In this document: one piece after another, positions 49,281-62,237 of the stretch
Layout: each line of letters starts with the position of its first letter
Numbering within the stretch: position 1 is the stretch's first letter
Source of the DNA: Cyanophora paradoxa CCMP329
Lineage: Eukaryota > Plantae > Glaucophyta
Reading direction: 5' to 3'
Assembly: GCA_004431415.1 (NCBI GenBank)
Contig: QPMI01000015.1
Location: 248,001-312,000 of the forward strand
DNA: 64,000 nt
Notes under the pieces: generated by a model
Seen by the model: only the letters and a program-made list of their open reading frames with translations
The model's database searches: none
What the model was told of the DNA's origin: nothing
Program-made: the position numbers and the translations under genes

Positions 49281-52200
49281 ATGGGGTCGATTCACCGTTT
49301 CAAGTTCTCGCAGCTGCTGGGGTCTGTTTACTCCGATGGAAATCTCGTATTCACGACGGACGGGAACTCTTTGATCTGTCCCGTGGGCAATCGCGTTGTG
49401 GTCTACGACCTCCTGAAGTGCGAGCTCCCAGGCGCAGCGCGCTCACTGGCGGCTCGCTCTTTGAAAGCTCACTCGATCAATCCTCAGCCACCGGTCCTTC
49501 GCGCTCGCACACGAGAACAGAAAGAATATTTCGCTTGTCGCTCTTTCTGACGACGGGAATGTCCTCGTTTCTATCGATGGGGGTGCGTACTTTATTCACA
49601 TTTTCCCCGGGGAGTTATTCCGACCATGACCCATATACTACGCAGACGGCCACGCTCTGTTCACGAATTTCCCGAAGCGTGTGCTGCTCCATCAATTTCA
49701 TTTCAAAGAACGGGTACGAGCAGTCAAATTCAGCCCAGATGGACAGTAAGACCTCTTTTTTCAGATAGCTTAGTTTTGTGCTCATTGTTCTATCAGATAC
49801 TTTGCGATTGCAGTCGGCAAGAAAATACAAGTCTGGTTCACCCCGGGCATGCAGCGGGAGTTCCACCCGTTTGTTCTGCATCGAACGTTCACAGGCCATT
49901 TCGATGACACTACATGCATCGACTGGTCCCCCGACTCAAGGTGCTCTGCATGCGGTCCAAGTGCCAGTGGATGGACGCTGACTCGCAAGTTTCAGGTTTG
50001 TCATGGCGGGCAGCCGTGACCAGACAGTGAGGGTGTGGTCCGTCAACCCTATCGAGGGGTACACACCGCCGTCGCTTGCCGGGCACAGAGAGAGCATCAA
50101 AGGCTGCTTTTTTGCCGCATCGGGCCAGCAAGTGCGTCGGTACAAAAAAATGTACCATCGATTCTTCTCACTCCATATCAAATGCAGGTTTACACAGTCG
50201 CAAAAGATGGTGCTCTTTTCGTTTGGCAGAAGGGCGAGTCAGACATCGCTGGGTGGACAGTTCTGGAAAAGCATTTCTTCAAACAAGACTATGCCAAGGT
50301 TAGTCTCTGCATTCATAGCTTGGTGGGGCGCACGAAAATCTGAAGTAAAGATTAGGTTGGATCTGTTTTCTTCCAGAGGAACAGCAACCTTTTGGTCGTC
50401 GGGTTCGAGACTGGGCTCTTTGGCCTTTACGAGATGCCTGAGTGCAACTGCGTGCACACATTGTCGGTCTCCCATCGCAAGCTGTCAGCAGCATCACTTT
50501 CGCCGTCTGGGGAGTGGCTTGCAATCGGATGCGCTCCCCTTGGACAGGTGCGGCAAAACTTCTTGCATGTCGTTCAGATTCCTCTGATCTTCAGTATGTA
50601 AGGTCCTTGTTTGGGAGTGGAAGAGTGAGAGCTGTGCGTTCTCCTGTATTTGCCCGTGTGATGTTCGAACCTGAAATATTTGACCCACAGATGTGATGAA
50701 ACAACAAGGGCACTCCGGAAGTGCTAAGGTCATCGCTTACTCGCCTGATGGGCAGGTTTGTAAATGGCATTTTGACCAACGATGCTAGCACCTGATCACA
50801 TTTTCGCAGCTGATAGCAAGTGGTGGAAGTGATGGCAAAGTAAAGATATGGCAAGCTGCATCTGGCTTCTGTTTTGCTACGCTCACTTGGCACACTGGCC
50901 CCATCACTGGGCTGGAGTTCCTGCCTAATGGCACTGCGATAGTTTCTGCATCCATGGATGGAACAGTGAGGGCTACAGATCTTGTGAGGTCCGCCTTCAT
51001 TGTACTTCGGACATTTTTACTTTTAGAAACCTGGCTTCACAGGTATCGAAATTTCCGAACCATGGTCTCTCCAACACCAGTACAATTCTCTTGCATTGCC
51101 GTGGACCCTAGTGGCGAGATAGTCGCAGCTGGAGCCCTCGATTCCTTTGATGTGTTCATCTGGTCCCTGCAAACAGGACGACTGCTAGATGTTCTTTCTG
51201 CACACACAGCACCTGTGTCATCACTCTCCTTCTCGCCAAACTCGGTATGACGTGCTTGTTGTATTCGAAAAGCCATGCTGACCCTACAACAGGGCCTCCT
51301 GGCTTCGGGCTCATGGGATGGTAGTGTCATCACTTGGGATGTCTACGCTGGCAAGGCTGCGCCCGAGCGTCTGCAACATTCTCGTGAGATATTGGCAGTT
51401 GCATTCAGTCCAGATGGGCGCCAGCTGGTCAGCGCGACTCTTGATGGCTGCCTCCATTTTTGGGACCCTGTCAATGCGTTCGTCGATTTCTTCATCTGCC
51501 TTATTTTATTATTTGCTGATCAGTCTCTCTGGCAGGGTTCTGCAGGGTGTTGTGGAGGGACGGCGAGATATTGCGGTGCTATTTTTTGATTGATCGTTGC
51601 CCTTTTATTAAGAGGACTTACATGCTTTTCAGGGTGGTCGCAAGCTTGGCGACCGAATGACAGCAAAGAGCTCAGCGAGTAACAAACACTTTACCAGGTT
51701 CCGTTTTTATTTTGGGTTTGTTGTTCGTGGGTACGATCTCCGCAGCTGACCATCTTTATGCCCAGCGTTTGCTACACAGCTAATGGGGAAGCTGTGATTG
51801 CTGGTGGCAACAGCAAGTATGTCTGCATTTACGACACAACTGAGAGGCATCTGCTTAGGAGAATTGAAGTATCACACAACCGGTCTTTAGATGGGATGCT
51901 GGACATGCTGAATTCCAAGAGAATGACGGATGCTGGTCCAGCTGATCTCATTGATGATGTCTCTGACTCGGACGATGATGCTCGGGCGAGAGCTCAGCTT
52001 GCACTACCAGGAGTCAAGAGTGGAGACCTGTCATCACGCACAGCACTCTTGGCCGCTCAGTGCGTTGTTATCGGAGACTTGTTGTGCTGCTGGTTCTCAT
52101 GGAGCTAACCTGTGGTGCTTAGGACCAACTGCATTCGGGCTTCTGGCACAGGCGATAGTTGGGCAGCTGCGGCATCTGATGGCATTCTGGTCTACTCCTT

Positions 52201-52816
52201 GGCTTCCGGCATTGCCTTCGATCCTACAGATCTCGAGGAGGAGCTTTCTATCTCGTCCGTAGAGGCAGCTCTCAAGTCGGAGTCTTATTCCAGGGCTCTA
52301 GCTGTGCGTTTCACCGTGTTTCCCAGCCCTTAGCATTGTTGAACAAGCGTTTTTGCAGATGAGCTTGCGCTTGAACGAGGAGCCCCTGGTGAAGGTGGTG
52401 ATAGAATCTGTCCCTGTGGATGACATCGCAGTTACCCTAGATGCTCTGCCAACACCCCTCCTCCCCAGGTTTGGCTTCTCCATTGGTATGCCTTCACCGC
52501 TCATCTGACCATGCCCCGCAGTCTTGCAGACTTCGTGGGTCGTCAGTTGGAGAAAACTCAACTTCTCGAGTCATCTCTAGTGTGGGCGCGGGAGATATGC
52601 CAGCGGACGATCGTAGGCAAGCTGTCGCAGAAGATGATGCCTGCTCTTCGCTGCTTGCACAAGAATCTTCTTAGCCAGTACTCCCAGCTCACAAGAATGT
52701 GCACATCCCTCCAATTCGGATCTCTTCTTGCGAACCTCACTCTTTTTCTTGCAGGTCCGATGACAATATGGGCCTCCTGGAGTACCTCTCGAAAGAGAGG
52801 AAACGACCCCAGCTGA
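49281..52816 (+). CDS. PWP2: Periodic tryptophan protein 2 (UTP1), SSU processome
   Basis: FKFSQLLGSVYSDGNLVFT, MKQQGH, RYRNFRT, AGGNSKYVCIY, FDPTDL, LRLNE; many WD40 repeats. Confidence 0.93.
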
Positions 52817-52914
52817 GCGACCAAGAACCCAACCTAGCAACCACAGAGAATAGCAGTTGATCGTGTTGAAGGCGAGCGCATGGTAATTCAAAAAAAGACT
52901 TTAGGCGAGTGCAT

Positions 52915-55396
52915 CTAGCTCTTGGCGGCAGCCGCGGCGTTGTTAGACGTGAGAGCCATAATGACGCCGATGACGAGGACGAGGAGGGCGCCTCCGACAG
53001 CGAGATACATCTGCCAGTTGATCTTCGGTATCTTCGTGCCAACCTGGGAGCAGATAGCAACTGTGAGCAGAGGGCGAAGGATATGAAGAGAAAACGGGGG
53101 GGGCACACGATGGGGATCTTTGCGGCACCACGCTTCGCCTTCAGCTTCGACTCGATCTCTGAGCGAGCGCTGGGGCGGACTCAGTTTATAGGATCCACAG
53201 CATGCAAGTAAAATTGAGCAAGCGAACCGGGCCTCTGCGAGCTTTGCCGCAGCCTGGCGCTGGGCTATGCTCTGCTGACCGCCCTGCTGCTTCTTGCCCG
53301 TGTCCTGCAAACAGCGTGTGAATCTTTGGCGCGACGACTGAACGAATTCGAGGACGAACGGTATCGGTCGCCTCCTGCGCGCTCTCGACCTGGTCGGTCT
53401 TCTCCTCGCCGGTCTGAGTGTCCTCTGCGGAGGCCTCCGCACCGCTGCCGGCGGCGCCCTTCAACCGCCCCTCCAGCTTCTTCAGCTTCTTGAGCTTGCG
53501 GTCCTCGCGCTTCTTCTCCTTGTCCATACGCTCGCGGTCAGCGCTGCGAGAGCGCGTGTAAGAGGAAACACAACGATTGATCTCTGGAGCGCAGAGACGC
53601 ACCGAGCCACCTCACGCTGCTGCTTCTGCTCCTCGCGCTTCTTGCGACGAGCCTCGGCCTCCGCGCGCTCGCGGGCAACGCGCTCAAGGCGCTGCGCGTC
53701 GGTCTCCTGCGTGTCATCCTGCATAGCGCGTCAGATTTGCACGCCGTGCCCGAGGGAGGCGAGATGCACATCAACGATCGGCTCCTCGACGATCTGAACG
53801 GTCTTGGTCTCGACCTCCTCCGGCGACCATTCCGCCACGCGCTGAGCCTTCGGGACGCCCTTGTCCTTCGACTTCGAGGACTTGGCCTCATCCGCGGCTT
53901 CCGCGGCCGGCGCGGGGGCGGCGCCGTTGGCCTTCGACCCCTTCGCCTTGACAGCCTTCCCCTCCGGCTTGCTCTCCTCGGGGGCGGCACCGGGAACGAT
54001 GGGAGCAGAGGGCGCGGCGGCCGGAGACGAGTCGCCCTCCCTTCGCGACGATGAATCAGGCACTTTGATGCCTAGATTTCGGCCGGGCGAACCATTTTAT
54101 GCCAGCGGAGACAAGCTTCTCGCGCTGGCGACGGAGGAAGTCCTCAATCTCGCGAGTGTCCGGCTTAGCCGGGGTAGCCTTGAACGCTTGCCGGCTCGTA
54201 TCGCGGCGGGTCTTGTAATAAGCCGAAACGAGATCACGGTACTTCTTGCGAATGGCCTTGATCTTGCCGTAGGCCTCATCAACAGCCTTCATGGAAGCCG
54301 CGATGGACTCGCGGACAGCCTTGATCTCGCCCTCAGCAGCCTTCTGCTTGTCACGCAGCTCGCCGAAAGTGGCGGACTCGGCCTGGTTGACGGCGCGGAT
54401 GGCAGCAAGCTCCTCGTTCTTGACCTGTCCGAAGAATTGGAAAAGAACAACCGACGCGGCTGGGCAGAGGCGCACGCGCAGAATAGCGACGAGCGCATCC
54501 TGGTCGTCCTTGCCCTTCGAGAACTCGTCCCACTGAGCTTCATGGGCGCTGGGCGCGATGTTAGGCGAGGACGACGAGTACGGTTCATCGAGACGAAAAC
54601 ACCGAATCTGGTCCTTAAGACCGTTCAGACGCTTGATCTGCGCGAGCATATCCTTCTCCTCCTTGAGCGACATGCTCGAGTGCGCCATATCAAACTCAAG
54701 CTGCCTGCGCGCGGGTCGAAGACGGCCAGAGACGGAAGACGCGATGCGCAGGGACGCTGACTTGATGGCGGCCTCGAGTTCCTGAACGCTACCGTACTGT
54801 AGCTCGCGCTTCTGCTTCTTCAGCTCCTTCTCCTGCGCCCGGCGAGCGGTTCATGATGTGTGTTCGGCAGGCTCAACGTCGCGGGCATCGGCACACCGTG
54901 TCAGTGCGCGAGTTGACCTTCGGCATCAGCTCGTTCTTCTCCTGCATCTTTGCTGCCAGCTGGGACTTCACGGCGTCGAGCCGAACGCGATGGGCCTCGA
55001 CCTCCGCCTTGGCAGCCTGCCGAATCGCGTCCTTGTCGCGGAGGATGGCGCGCATGTTGTTCTGCACGACCGCATCATAAATTGCTGGAATGGTGTGTCC
55101 TCGCAGCGGCGCACGATTTTCTCCTTCTCCTGGGCGGCGAACTGCTCCAGCGCGGCGACTTGAGCATTGACCTCCGCCTCATCCGGGAGCCTGCGCGCCG
55201 TGCCGCCGCCGCGAATAAGACCCTCGCCAAGGCCGGCCCCTCGGCAACGCCCAACGCACACGGCCGGGGCCTCAACGACCTCCTCATCCGCCGCCGCCGC
55301 CGCCGCCTTCTCCTTCGGAGCTGCCGGCTTGGGGGCGCGCTCCTTCTTCGGGCGCTGGGGCAGCGCCTCGGTTGCGACGGATGCTTCCTCGGCCAT
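52915..55396 (-). CDS. Tail-anchored coiled-coil protein (proton pump interactor / BFR1-like)
   Basis: Long coiled coil, HSSMSLKEEKDMLAQIKRL motif, C-terminal TM WQMYLAVGGALLVLVIGVIMAL. Confidence 0.6.
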
Positions 55397-55589
55397 GGCG
55401 CGGATGGGTGAACAGTGTACCCGGTTAGGGGTGGAGGGGGATGCGCTCAGCTCGCTGTACCCACAGATACCAAGAAAAGAAGACGAGCAGAGCACAAGGA
55501 CACCGCACGGACCCACGTAGGCGCTCTGGAACGTGCAGCTAGCTCGAGACAACGCAAAGGCGAGCGGCACAGCTTGGAGCACCGCACAG

Positions 55590-57244
55590 ATGCTGAAGAA
55601 CAAAGTCGATCTAACAGCGGCGGAGAAAGAGGCGCGGGAGATAGCGCGGCGGCGTGCGCTGGAGGAGTCAAGAAGGCCCCGCATTCTGGAGCAGCCGAAG
55701 CAGGTGCGCCGCCGCCGAGGCCGCTAAGACTTTAGCGACGGCGAGATAAGCTATCCACTCGTTGGAGATTCGCTCCTGTGCTTAGCTATAGCCAGGGGTC
55801 AAGGCCGCGTGCGACCCCCTGGATGCTAGCCTAATTGCGGCTCGCGGCTAGCGCCTCGCCTGCGCTTTCTCACTTTACCGCGCCAGCTCAAGATCGGCAT
55901 TGATGTGCAAGCATTAGAGGAGCAAGTGGCGGAGAGGAAAGAGCGGGAGCGGCTTGAGAAAGCGCGCTCGGAAGCCTTCGACTCGGCGGTGGTCGTCCTG
56001 GACCACCAGTTGACCCAGCTGCAGCAGGAGCGCCTGCGCATCAAGAGAGAGATGGCTATGGCAGAGAACGAGTTCCGCGCAACCTTCCAGAGGAAAGAGC
56101 TCCGAAAGGAATACGACCTGTCGGACCCGCAGGCACTTTTACGCGACAAGCCCGCGCGTGTTGGCGACAACGACCCCCGGCTGGGACCTGCTACGCTTCA
56201 GAAATTTGCGGGGGAGGACCTCTCGGCCAAAGCACGGGAGGTACAGCAGAAAGAGCAACAGCGCATATGGTCCGTAACAATGAACCACCGTGACATAGCT
56301 ACAAATCTAATGTGGAGTGCACCAGGCTGGAGACGCAGGTTGCTGAGCGAGAGGCACGGAGGGCAGCTGAGAAGGAGGCAGACATGGCCTACTATGCGCA
56401 CATGGAGGATGTTGACGCCAAGGTGTGGCTTACACTCGTTTACTGCACGCTTCTTTGTAGAGCTCATGTGCTGCCAGCGAGGGGAGATCGAAGATACGCA
56501 CAAAAACGTTCGGAGAGAAATTCTTTCGGCGACGGCCCGCTACAACTTGGCTTTGGCAGACACAAAACGAGATGCGGACAGGGCTGCAGCTGAACGGGAC
56601 GCAGCTGAGGTGCCTTTCAGATCTTTGTTAAGAACTGCTTGGCAGCTCATTCGCCTCCATCAGCGCCTTGAAGAGATCCGGAACGCGCTTGACTCTGACA
56701 TCCTCAACGAGAATCCTGCTCAGGCAATGGTCAGCCTTCGTGTAGTCTCTTCGGTTCTGTTCACTCACAATATTCTACAGAGCCACATGGCCCCGGGCAG
56801 ACGTGTCAGGCGTGATCACTTCAAAGGGATGGCCCCCGAACAGGTGGAAACCATACGAAACATTCAAGAAGTGCAAAGGGAGGAGAACAGGCTAAAGAAG
56901 ACAGCTGAACAAGTGAGCGGGCGCCCCCTGGATTCCGTTCCTCTCCCCGCCTCACAATTGGTCAGGCCGAGGAAGCATGGTGGGCAATGGAGAATGAGCA
57001 CATCAATGCAACGCTGGTCGCTGCAGATGCGGAGGTCACCCGCCTGAGGAGGATGCAAAAGATGGCGGTGCGTCCCATGTAACTGGTTGGTCTAAAGAAA
57101 GCTCACTTTTTGGGACAGCTTTCTGAAGTCCACCGAGCACAATCACGGGAGCACATGATGTCCGAGAGGCACCTGAAGCGCGATGTATATATCAACCCGC
57201 CGACGGCAGCGTATTTTGCTCAGTTCCAGACCACGACCAGATAG
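55590..57244 (+). CDS. RIB43A: RIB43A-like axonemal microtubule inner protein
   Basis: KIGIDVQALEEQV, EYDLSDP, PARVGDNDPRLGPATLQKFAGEDL, RRDHFKGM, C-terminus NPPTAAYFAQFQTTTR*. Confidence 0.92.
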
Positions 57245-57291
57245 TCATCTAGTTCTGCTTTGCATTTGCTCCTACAAGTACACCATGCCTG

Positions 57292-57357
57292 AGCATTTGG
57301 ACACGAACTAAAATTGCAACACTGCGACTAGCATTTGGACGCGAATTGAAGTCGCAA
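57292..57357. repeat. About 30-bp element: two tandem copies here, third copy inverted at 59000-59030
   Basis: agcatttggacacgaactaaaattgcaac; tagcatttggacgcgaattgaagtcgcaa; reverse complement of 59000-59030 is tagcatttggacacacgaactaaatcgcaac. Confidence 0.8.
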
Positions 57358-58059
57358 GGAACTAGGGAACTCCAGTACCACGCCTGATCAACGGTACCAG
57401 GGGAACTCGCAGTACCACTACCAAGCTAGCTATATAGGGAACTCGCAGGCTGTAAAGACGCTGTGCTCTAGTGCCACGCCTGATCAATTGGACCGGCGGT
57501 AGTGCTCGGAAGGTCATCGAGTTCTCCCGGATCCGGAGCTCAGCTGAATCATGAAGCTATAAGGTTGTGACATCGATATAGTTCGAATTCGCGTCGACCA
57601 GCGCACAATTTTCAGCGATGGCTCATGCATATGCGCCGCCTTCCGGCGCACTGCGCGGCAACCGCTATACCGCCGCACGCGTACGCGTGCAGCTAGCGCC
57701 ATGGCCATGGCCTCGAGCTCTACCGCCGCACGCGTGCAGCTAGTGGGAATGCAGGGTGCTGCGGTTGTGCGTGCGCGAGCTCGAAACTAAGCTATCCCGC
57801 GCGCTGCGAGGCTGCAAAGTGGCCTGCTTTTGATCGCCCCTCTACCCCCCAATCGAGCGCTGGCAGCGCTGCTGCGCTGGGCCAGCCTCAGTAAGCAAAG
57901 CTCAGCCCGGTGCGCAATAGTCGAATCGAGCTTAAATCGAGATACCACAGCTCGCAGCTCGCCAAGCGCCGGAGTCCCGGAACTCGAGGATCAGCAGATT
58001 GCCGTATTCTACCGTTTACGCGGAGATCGATTGTATACGGAAGGGCGAAGCTTGCAGCG

Positions 58060-58887
58060 ATGGAATCAGATGGTGGTGAGGCCCTCTCCGTGCCGTCCGG
58101 CCCGGCTGACGCCCGGGTGCCAGAGCGAGGCGCCGTCATCCTGAAAGACATTGACGAGCGAGTGACTGCTGCCGCCGGCGACCGCGTGCGCGGAATAGCG
58201 TCGGGCCCTCTTTCGTTGCTGAGCGCAGCTGCAGGTCAAGTGCCCGCTATGCGGCGACGAGTTCCACTGGCGAGGGCTTGGGCCGCACCGTGCACGATGC
58301 AAGCGCGACCACAACATCCGCACGTCAGGTCTGGGCGCCTCGCACCCCTCGCGCCAAAGGTCCGACCCTGGCGCAAGGCTCCTCGAAGCATGATCGGGAC
58401 CGAGTGCTCGAGCCTGCAAAGCGGAAGCTCAGCCATGATCGGGGATACGACGAGCGCGGGTCTGCGCGGCCTCGGCTTCTGGGAGATGGGAAGGGCAGTC
58501 TTTTCGATCGTCGGGCATCCCGCCAGCCGCTGCGCAAGGAGATCTCGCTGCGCAAGTGGAACACAGGTCGTGGCTACGCAATCGTGTGCCCACGCTCGAT
58601 AGAAGAGCTCTTGCAGATTGCGAGCGAAAAAATGCAGGTCTGGAAACTCGCACTGTCATCTGCTGCCTTTCGTTTTCAGACGCAGTGTGCCGCAGTTGAA
58701 GCTGATGGAGGTGTGGAACATGCACGGGGACAAGATCGAGGACATAGAAGTCATTGCGAATGGCAGGTGCGACGAGAATAAGGGGAGATCATCAATCTGA
58801 GCTCAGTGCTCGTCTTATTCATCTGAGCTCTGCAGTGGGGAGATCTACTACTGTGCCTCGCAACAAGACATGGACAACAATGTATGA
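58060..58887 (+). CDS. Small protein with a C2HC zinc finger and a C-terminal KHA-like domain
   Basis: Exon 58235-58328 encodes CPLCGDEFHWRGLGPHRARC. C-terminus CPRSIEELLQIASEKMQLKLMEVWNMHGDKIEDIEVIANGEIYYC. Confidence 0.7.
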
Positions 58888-59212
58888 ACCGGAGCACACG
58901 AGCCTTGCCCGTAACCCAAGCTCCCTACTCCCGCCACTCTACTTCCGGCCGGCCCACGGCAACGGCGCCGCAGTGTACATCCACACTTGCAGGCCGGACG
59001 TTGCGATTTAGTTCGTGTGTCCAAATGCTACTTCCTCTCATGCAATGAAGAGAATTCATTCTGTCATTCGATGATCGTTTTTTCTTTCATGCAGCATGGC
59101 AGGGCTTAGCGCTAGCAAGCCCCTCGTGTGTGCACTCGTGGTTACCCACTGCTCACTATAATATGATCACACTTGAGGCCCCTGCTGCTTTGGGGCCCCT
59201 CAACTGCCCTTA

Positions 59213-61675
59213 CTACTTCTTGGCTTTCTTTTTGTCCCCCCCGTCCCCATCCTTCTTGGGCTTCTTCTTGGGCTTCTCCTCCTCGCTCTCGTCCTCGTCC
59301 TCATCCGCATCGGAGTCATCGTCAGAACTGCTCGAGCAGCCAATTGTCAGAAGAACGCATTCCCACACCCCGCCACCCAGGACGTACCCAGAGTCGGATT
59401 CCGACTCCTGGTAATCCTCGGCGTCCTCCGGGTCCTCGTCTGACAGCAAACGTCAGCGGAGAGGCGTAGAGAGAACGGCCACAGTCTGTGTGTACCATCG
59501 TCATCATCGAGCTCAGCAAGCACTGTCTTGTGGGCCGCCTCCTGCATGCGAGTGAGGGGAAAGAGGGTGCGGTGAGTGGGGCCGGGCGCACAGCCTCCAC
59601 GGACGCGTTCTTCAGCTTCAGACTCTTCTTCTCCAGGAAGTCGAAGAGGGTCTTGAAGCTGTCCCTCGCCAGGTTGGTGAACTGTATGGTCCCACTGCCG
59701 TTCAGCGTGATCGTGATATCAAAGTTCTGCTCGAAATCAGAGCGTTACAGAAGGTGGAGGGGTGGGCAGCGAGCCTTCGTTGACGTCGATGTCCCCCCTT
59801 GACTGCCCACGCGGGAGAATTCAATGTGCTTGATCTGGCACAGTGTAAGAAGGGTGGCGCCTCACTGCCTGCCCCGCGAGCCTCCTAGGGTGGTTACCTC
59901 GTCGTGCCGAATGTATGTGGGCGGCTTGTGAAGGAAGAAGAAGCTCTTTTCAAGCGGGTAAAGCAAGCCGTCATTGGCCTTCATCGAGCACTTCAGGCAG
60001 CAGGCAGAATCGTCGCCGCTGAAAGGATTTCCGTCAGTTTGCACGTTTGCAAGATGGCCCAGTTGCAGGCAACGAGAACGCACATGCGGAACGAGCCTGG
60101 CCCGAAGACCTTCTTGCCCGTAAGGCCCTTAAGGACCTGCAGGAGGAGGCGGGGCGGTGAAAACGTGTAGATGGGCAGAGCCCGACACACGCATGTAGAC
60201 CTTCGTGATGACGTCGTGCTCTGCTCCGGAGACCTGTTGGCTGAGGCCGCGGTCCTTGTATTTCGTGTTCAAAGCCTCCCTGTGGAGGTGTGGGTGTGGG
60301 AAAGCGTCATGCAGGGGGGCGCCCCATGGGGCGTACTCTGTTATCTTCAGCTGAACGGTGACTGGTGGCTTGTTGATGGCGAACTGCATGATGAGATGGG
60401 GGTAGTGGGTCTGGCCCTGCCGAATGGGAGGGTCCAGCGAGATCTGAGGCAGGCGTCAGGTCCAATGCGCTGCACGAGAAGGGTGCAGGACGCACGACAA
60501 AGAAGACGTGGTTCTTGTCGGGCTTGGGAAGGACGAAAAGGCGCTCGATGGAGCTGTAAAGGACCTGTGCACAGAGTCTCGCACGGGGCCCTCGGGCATC
60601 CGCGAGTGGGTGCGGACCTTGTAGTCGTACGACTTGCCGTGCAGGCGAAGGAAGGTCGGGAACATCTCGAGCTCGTAGCGGCCGCTGCGGCAGCCATTGA
60701 GGGTGGGCGGTTCGGGGTTCAAGCAGAAACACGAACCGGGGAGTAAGCATGCCGACGTCGTCGAAGCGGCAGATGCCATCGCCCGTGTCCACACCAATGT
60801 CGGCCTTCTCTTGAACCGCCTTGAAGAACGCCTGCAACCACTGAGCCTAGTCCGAGGCGGGGCATATAGTCCGCCCGCACCTCTGCGTCCATCTGACCCT
60901 CAATATTGGAGGGCATGTAGAGCCGCATCTCGGCCAGCGATTCGTCCTGAGAGGCGAATCAACCAGAGCGCTGGGCGGTGCACGACAGCGCGGTCACCTC
61001 GCGTCCAATCTGTGTGTCATCCATGTGGAACTCTAGCATGACCTCGTCGCGCTGCTGCCCCATGCGCGAGCCTGTCGTAGTCACGTTGGACACCTCGGAT
61101 AACGGGATGTCGAAAGTCTCTTTGTCATCCGCGCGGAACACGATAGAGCCCCCTGCGGAACAAGTGAACCGGGAAAACGTGCGAGATCCGTACGGCGAAC
61201 CCTGCAGGCCGACCGATCCCCAGTTCCAGCCCTTGGAGCTAAGCTCTGACTTCGTCAATGACAGGTCCGTCTTCGATTTCACGAAGTCTGCCAACAGCGG
61301 GAACTCCTGAGGGGCGGTGCACGTTCAGCGACTGGCGAAGCGAGGGGAGCGCGCGCGCTCACCTTCTCGTTGAACCCCTCGAAGCGATACGAGGTCCCGT
61401 TCTTCAGCGCAACCTTCAGCATGAACGCGTGGAACGATCGCATCCACTGCAGCTCCTGGACCTCGGCCACGCCGACCGTGACGGTCTTGCCTGTGGATTT
61501 AGACTTCCATCCGATCGCTCCTGACGACATCTTAAACGTGCCCGCATTCTGCGGCGCGCGGGAGCGGGTAAGCGAAGGCTGGCCAGCGCCGCTCGCAGGG
61601 ATAGCGGCTCGCCTGGGGTCCTTTGCTGACGAAGAACACATTGTTCACCGTGTAGTCTCCGCTGCCGCCCTCCAT
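59213..61675 (-). CDS. SSRP1: FACT complex subunit SSRP1/Pob3 (no HMG box)
   Basis: SSKGWNWG, DEVMLEFH, LTPRGRY, RLHGKSYDYK, PIRQGQTHY, KANDGLLYPLEKSFFFLHKPP; acidic then Lys-rich tail. Confidence 0.93.
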
Positions 61676-62237
61676 CTATCGCGTTTGTGGAGCGCTCCCA
61701 CGCGAGCCGCGCTCGTGCCGTGTGCGCCTACGCCGGTGCGGCGCGTGCCGAGGAGGAGATGCGCTGCCGGTCTGCTGCGTGCGCGGCGCTCCTCGTCGAA
61801 CTCCCGCGCGACCGACACGGGTACAGCCAGGCCGATCGTAAAAAAAGTCCCTCTCTTTAACGCGCCATCGACATTGTGCATGAAAAGCTAGAACCGCGCT
61901 GGAGTAGCATCCGCCAGCATCCCCGTCGCGCATCGCGCGTAGCCCGAGTGCGCGCCATCCGCCCCGGCCGCGCGCCGCGCGGGTGTCAGCGCCGGACTCT
62001 AGGGCGAGCTAATAGAAGCGCCCATTGGGCTCCTGGACACCGCCCGCGTCGTTTCTGATCCCTCCGACAGGTTTCCGCTGCCGCGCGCAGCTGGGTCGAG
62101 AACGTGCGGAGGCATCGCCGCCTGCGCATTGGTGTCTAGCTGAAGGTTCTGCCGCCGCATCCCCGCCCGCGCGCACCGCGCACCGATTCGGAACTCGTGC
62201 GCAGGTTGCGCGCCATCGATATCGACACCGCTCGAGC

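Noticed and set aside
53170-53240. Apparent zinc-finger start FACSIL in ORF 52915..53442
   Set aside because: It lies in a probable GC-AG intron; splicing gives ...KLAE|IESKLKAKRG with no finger.
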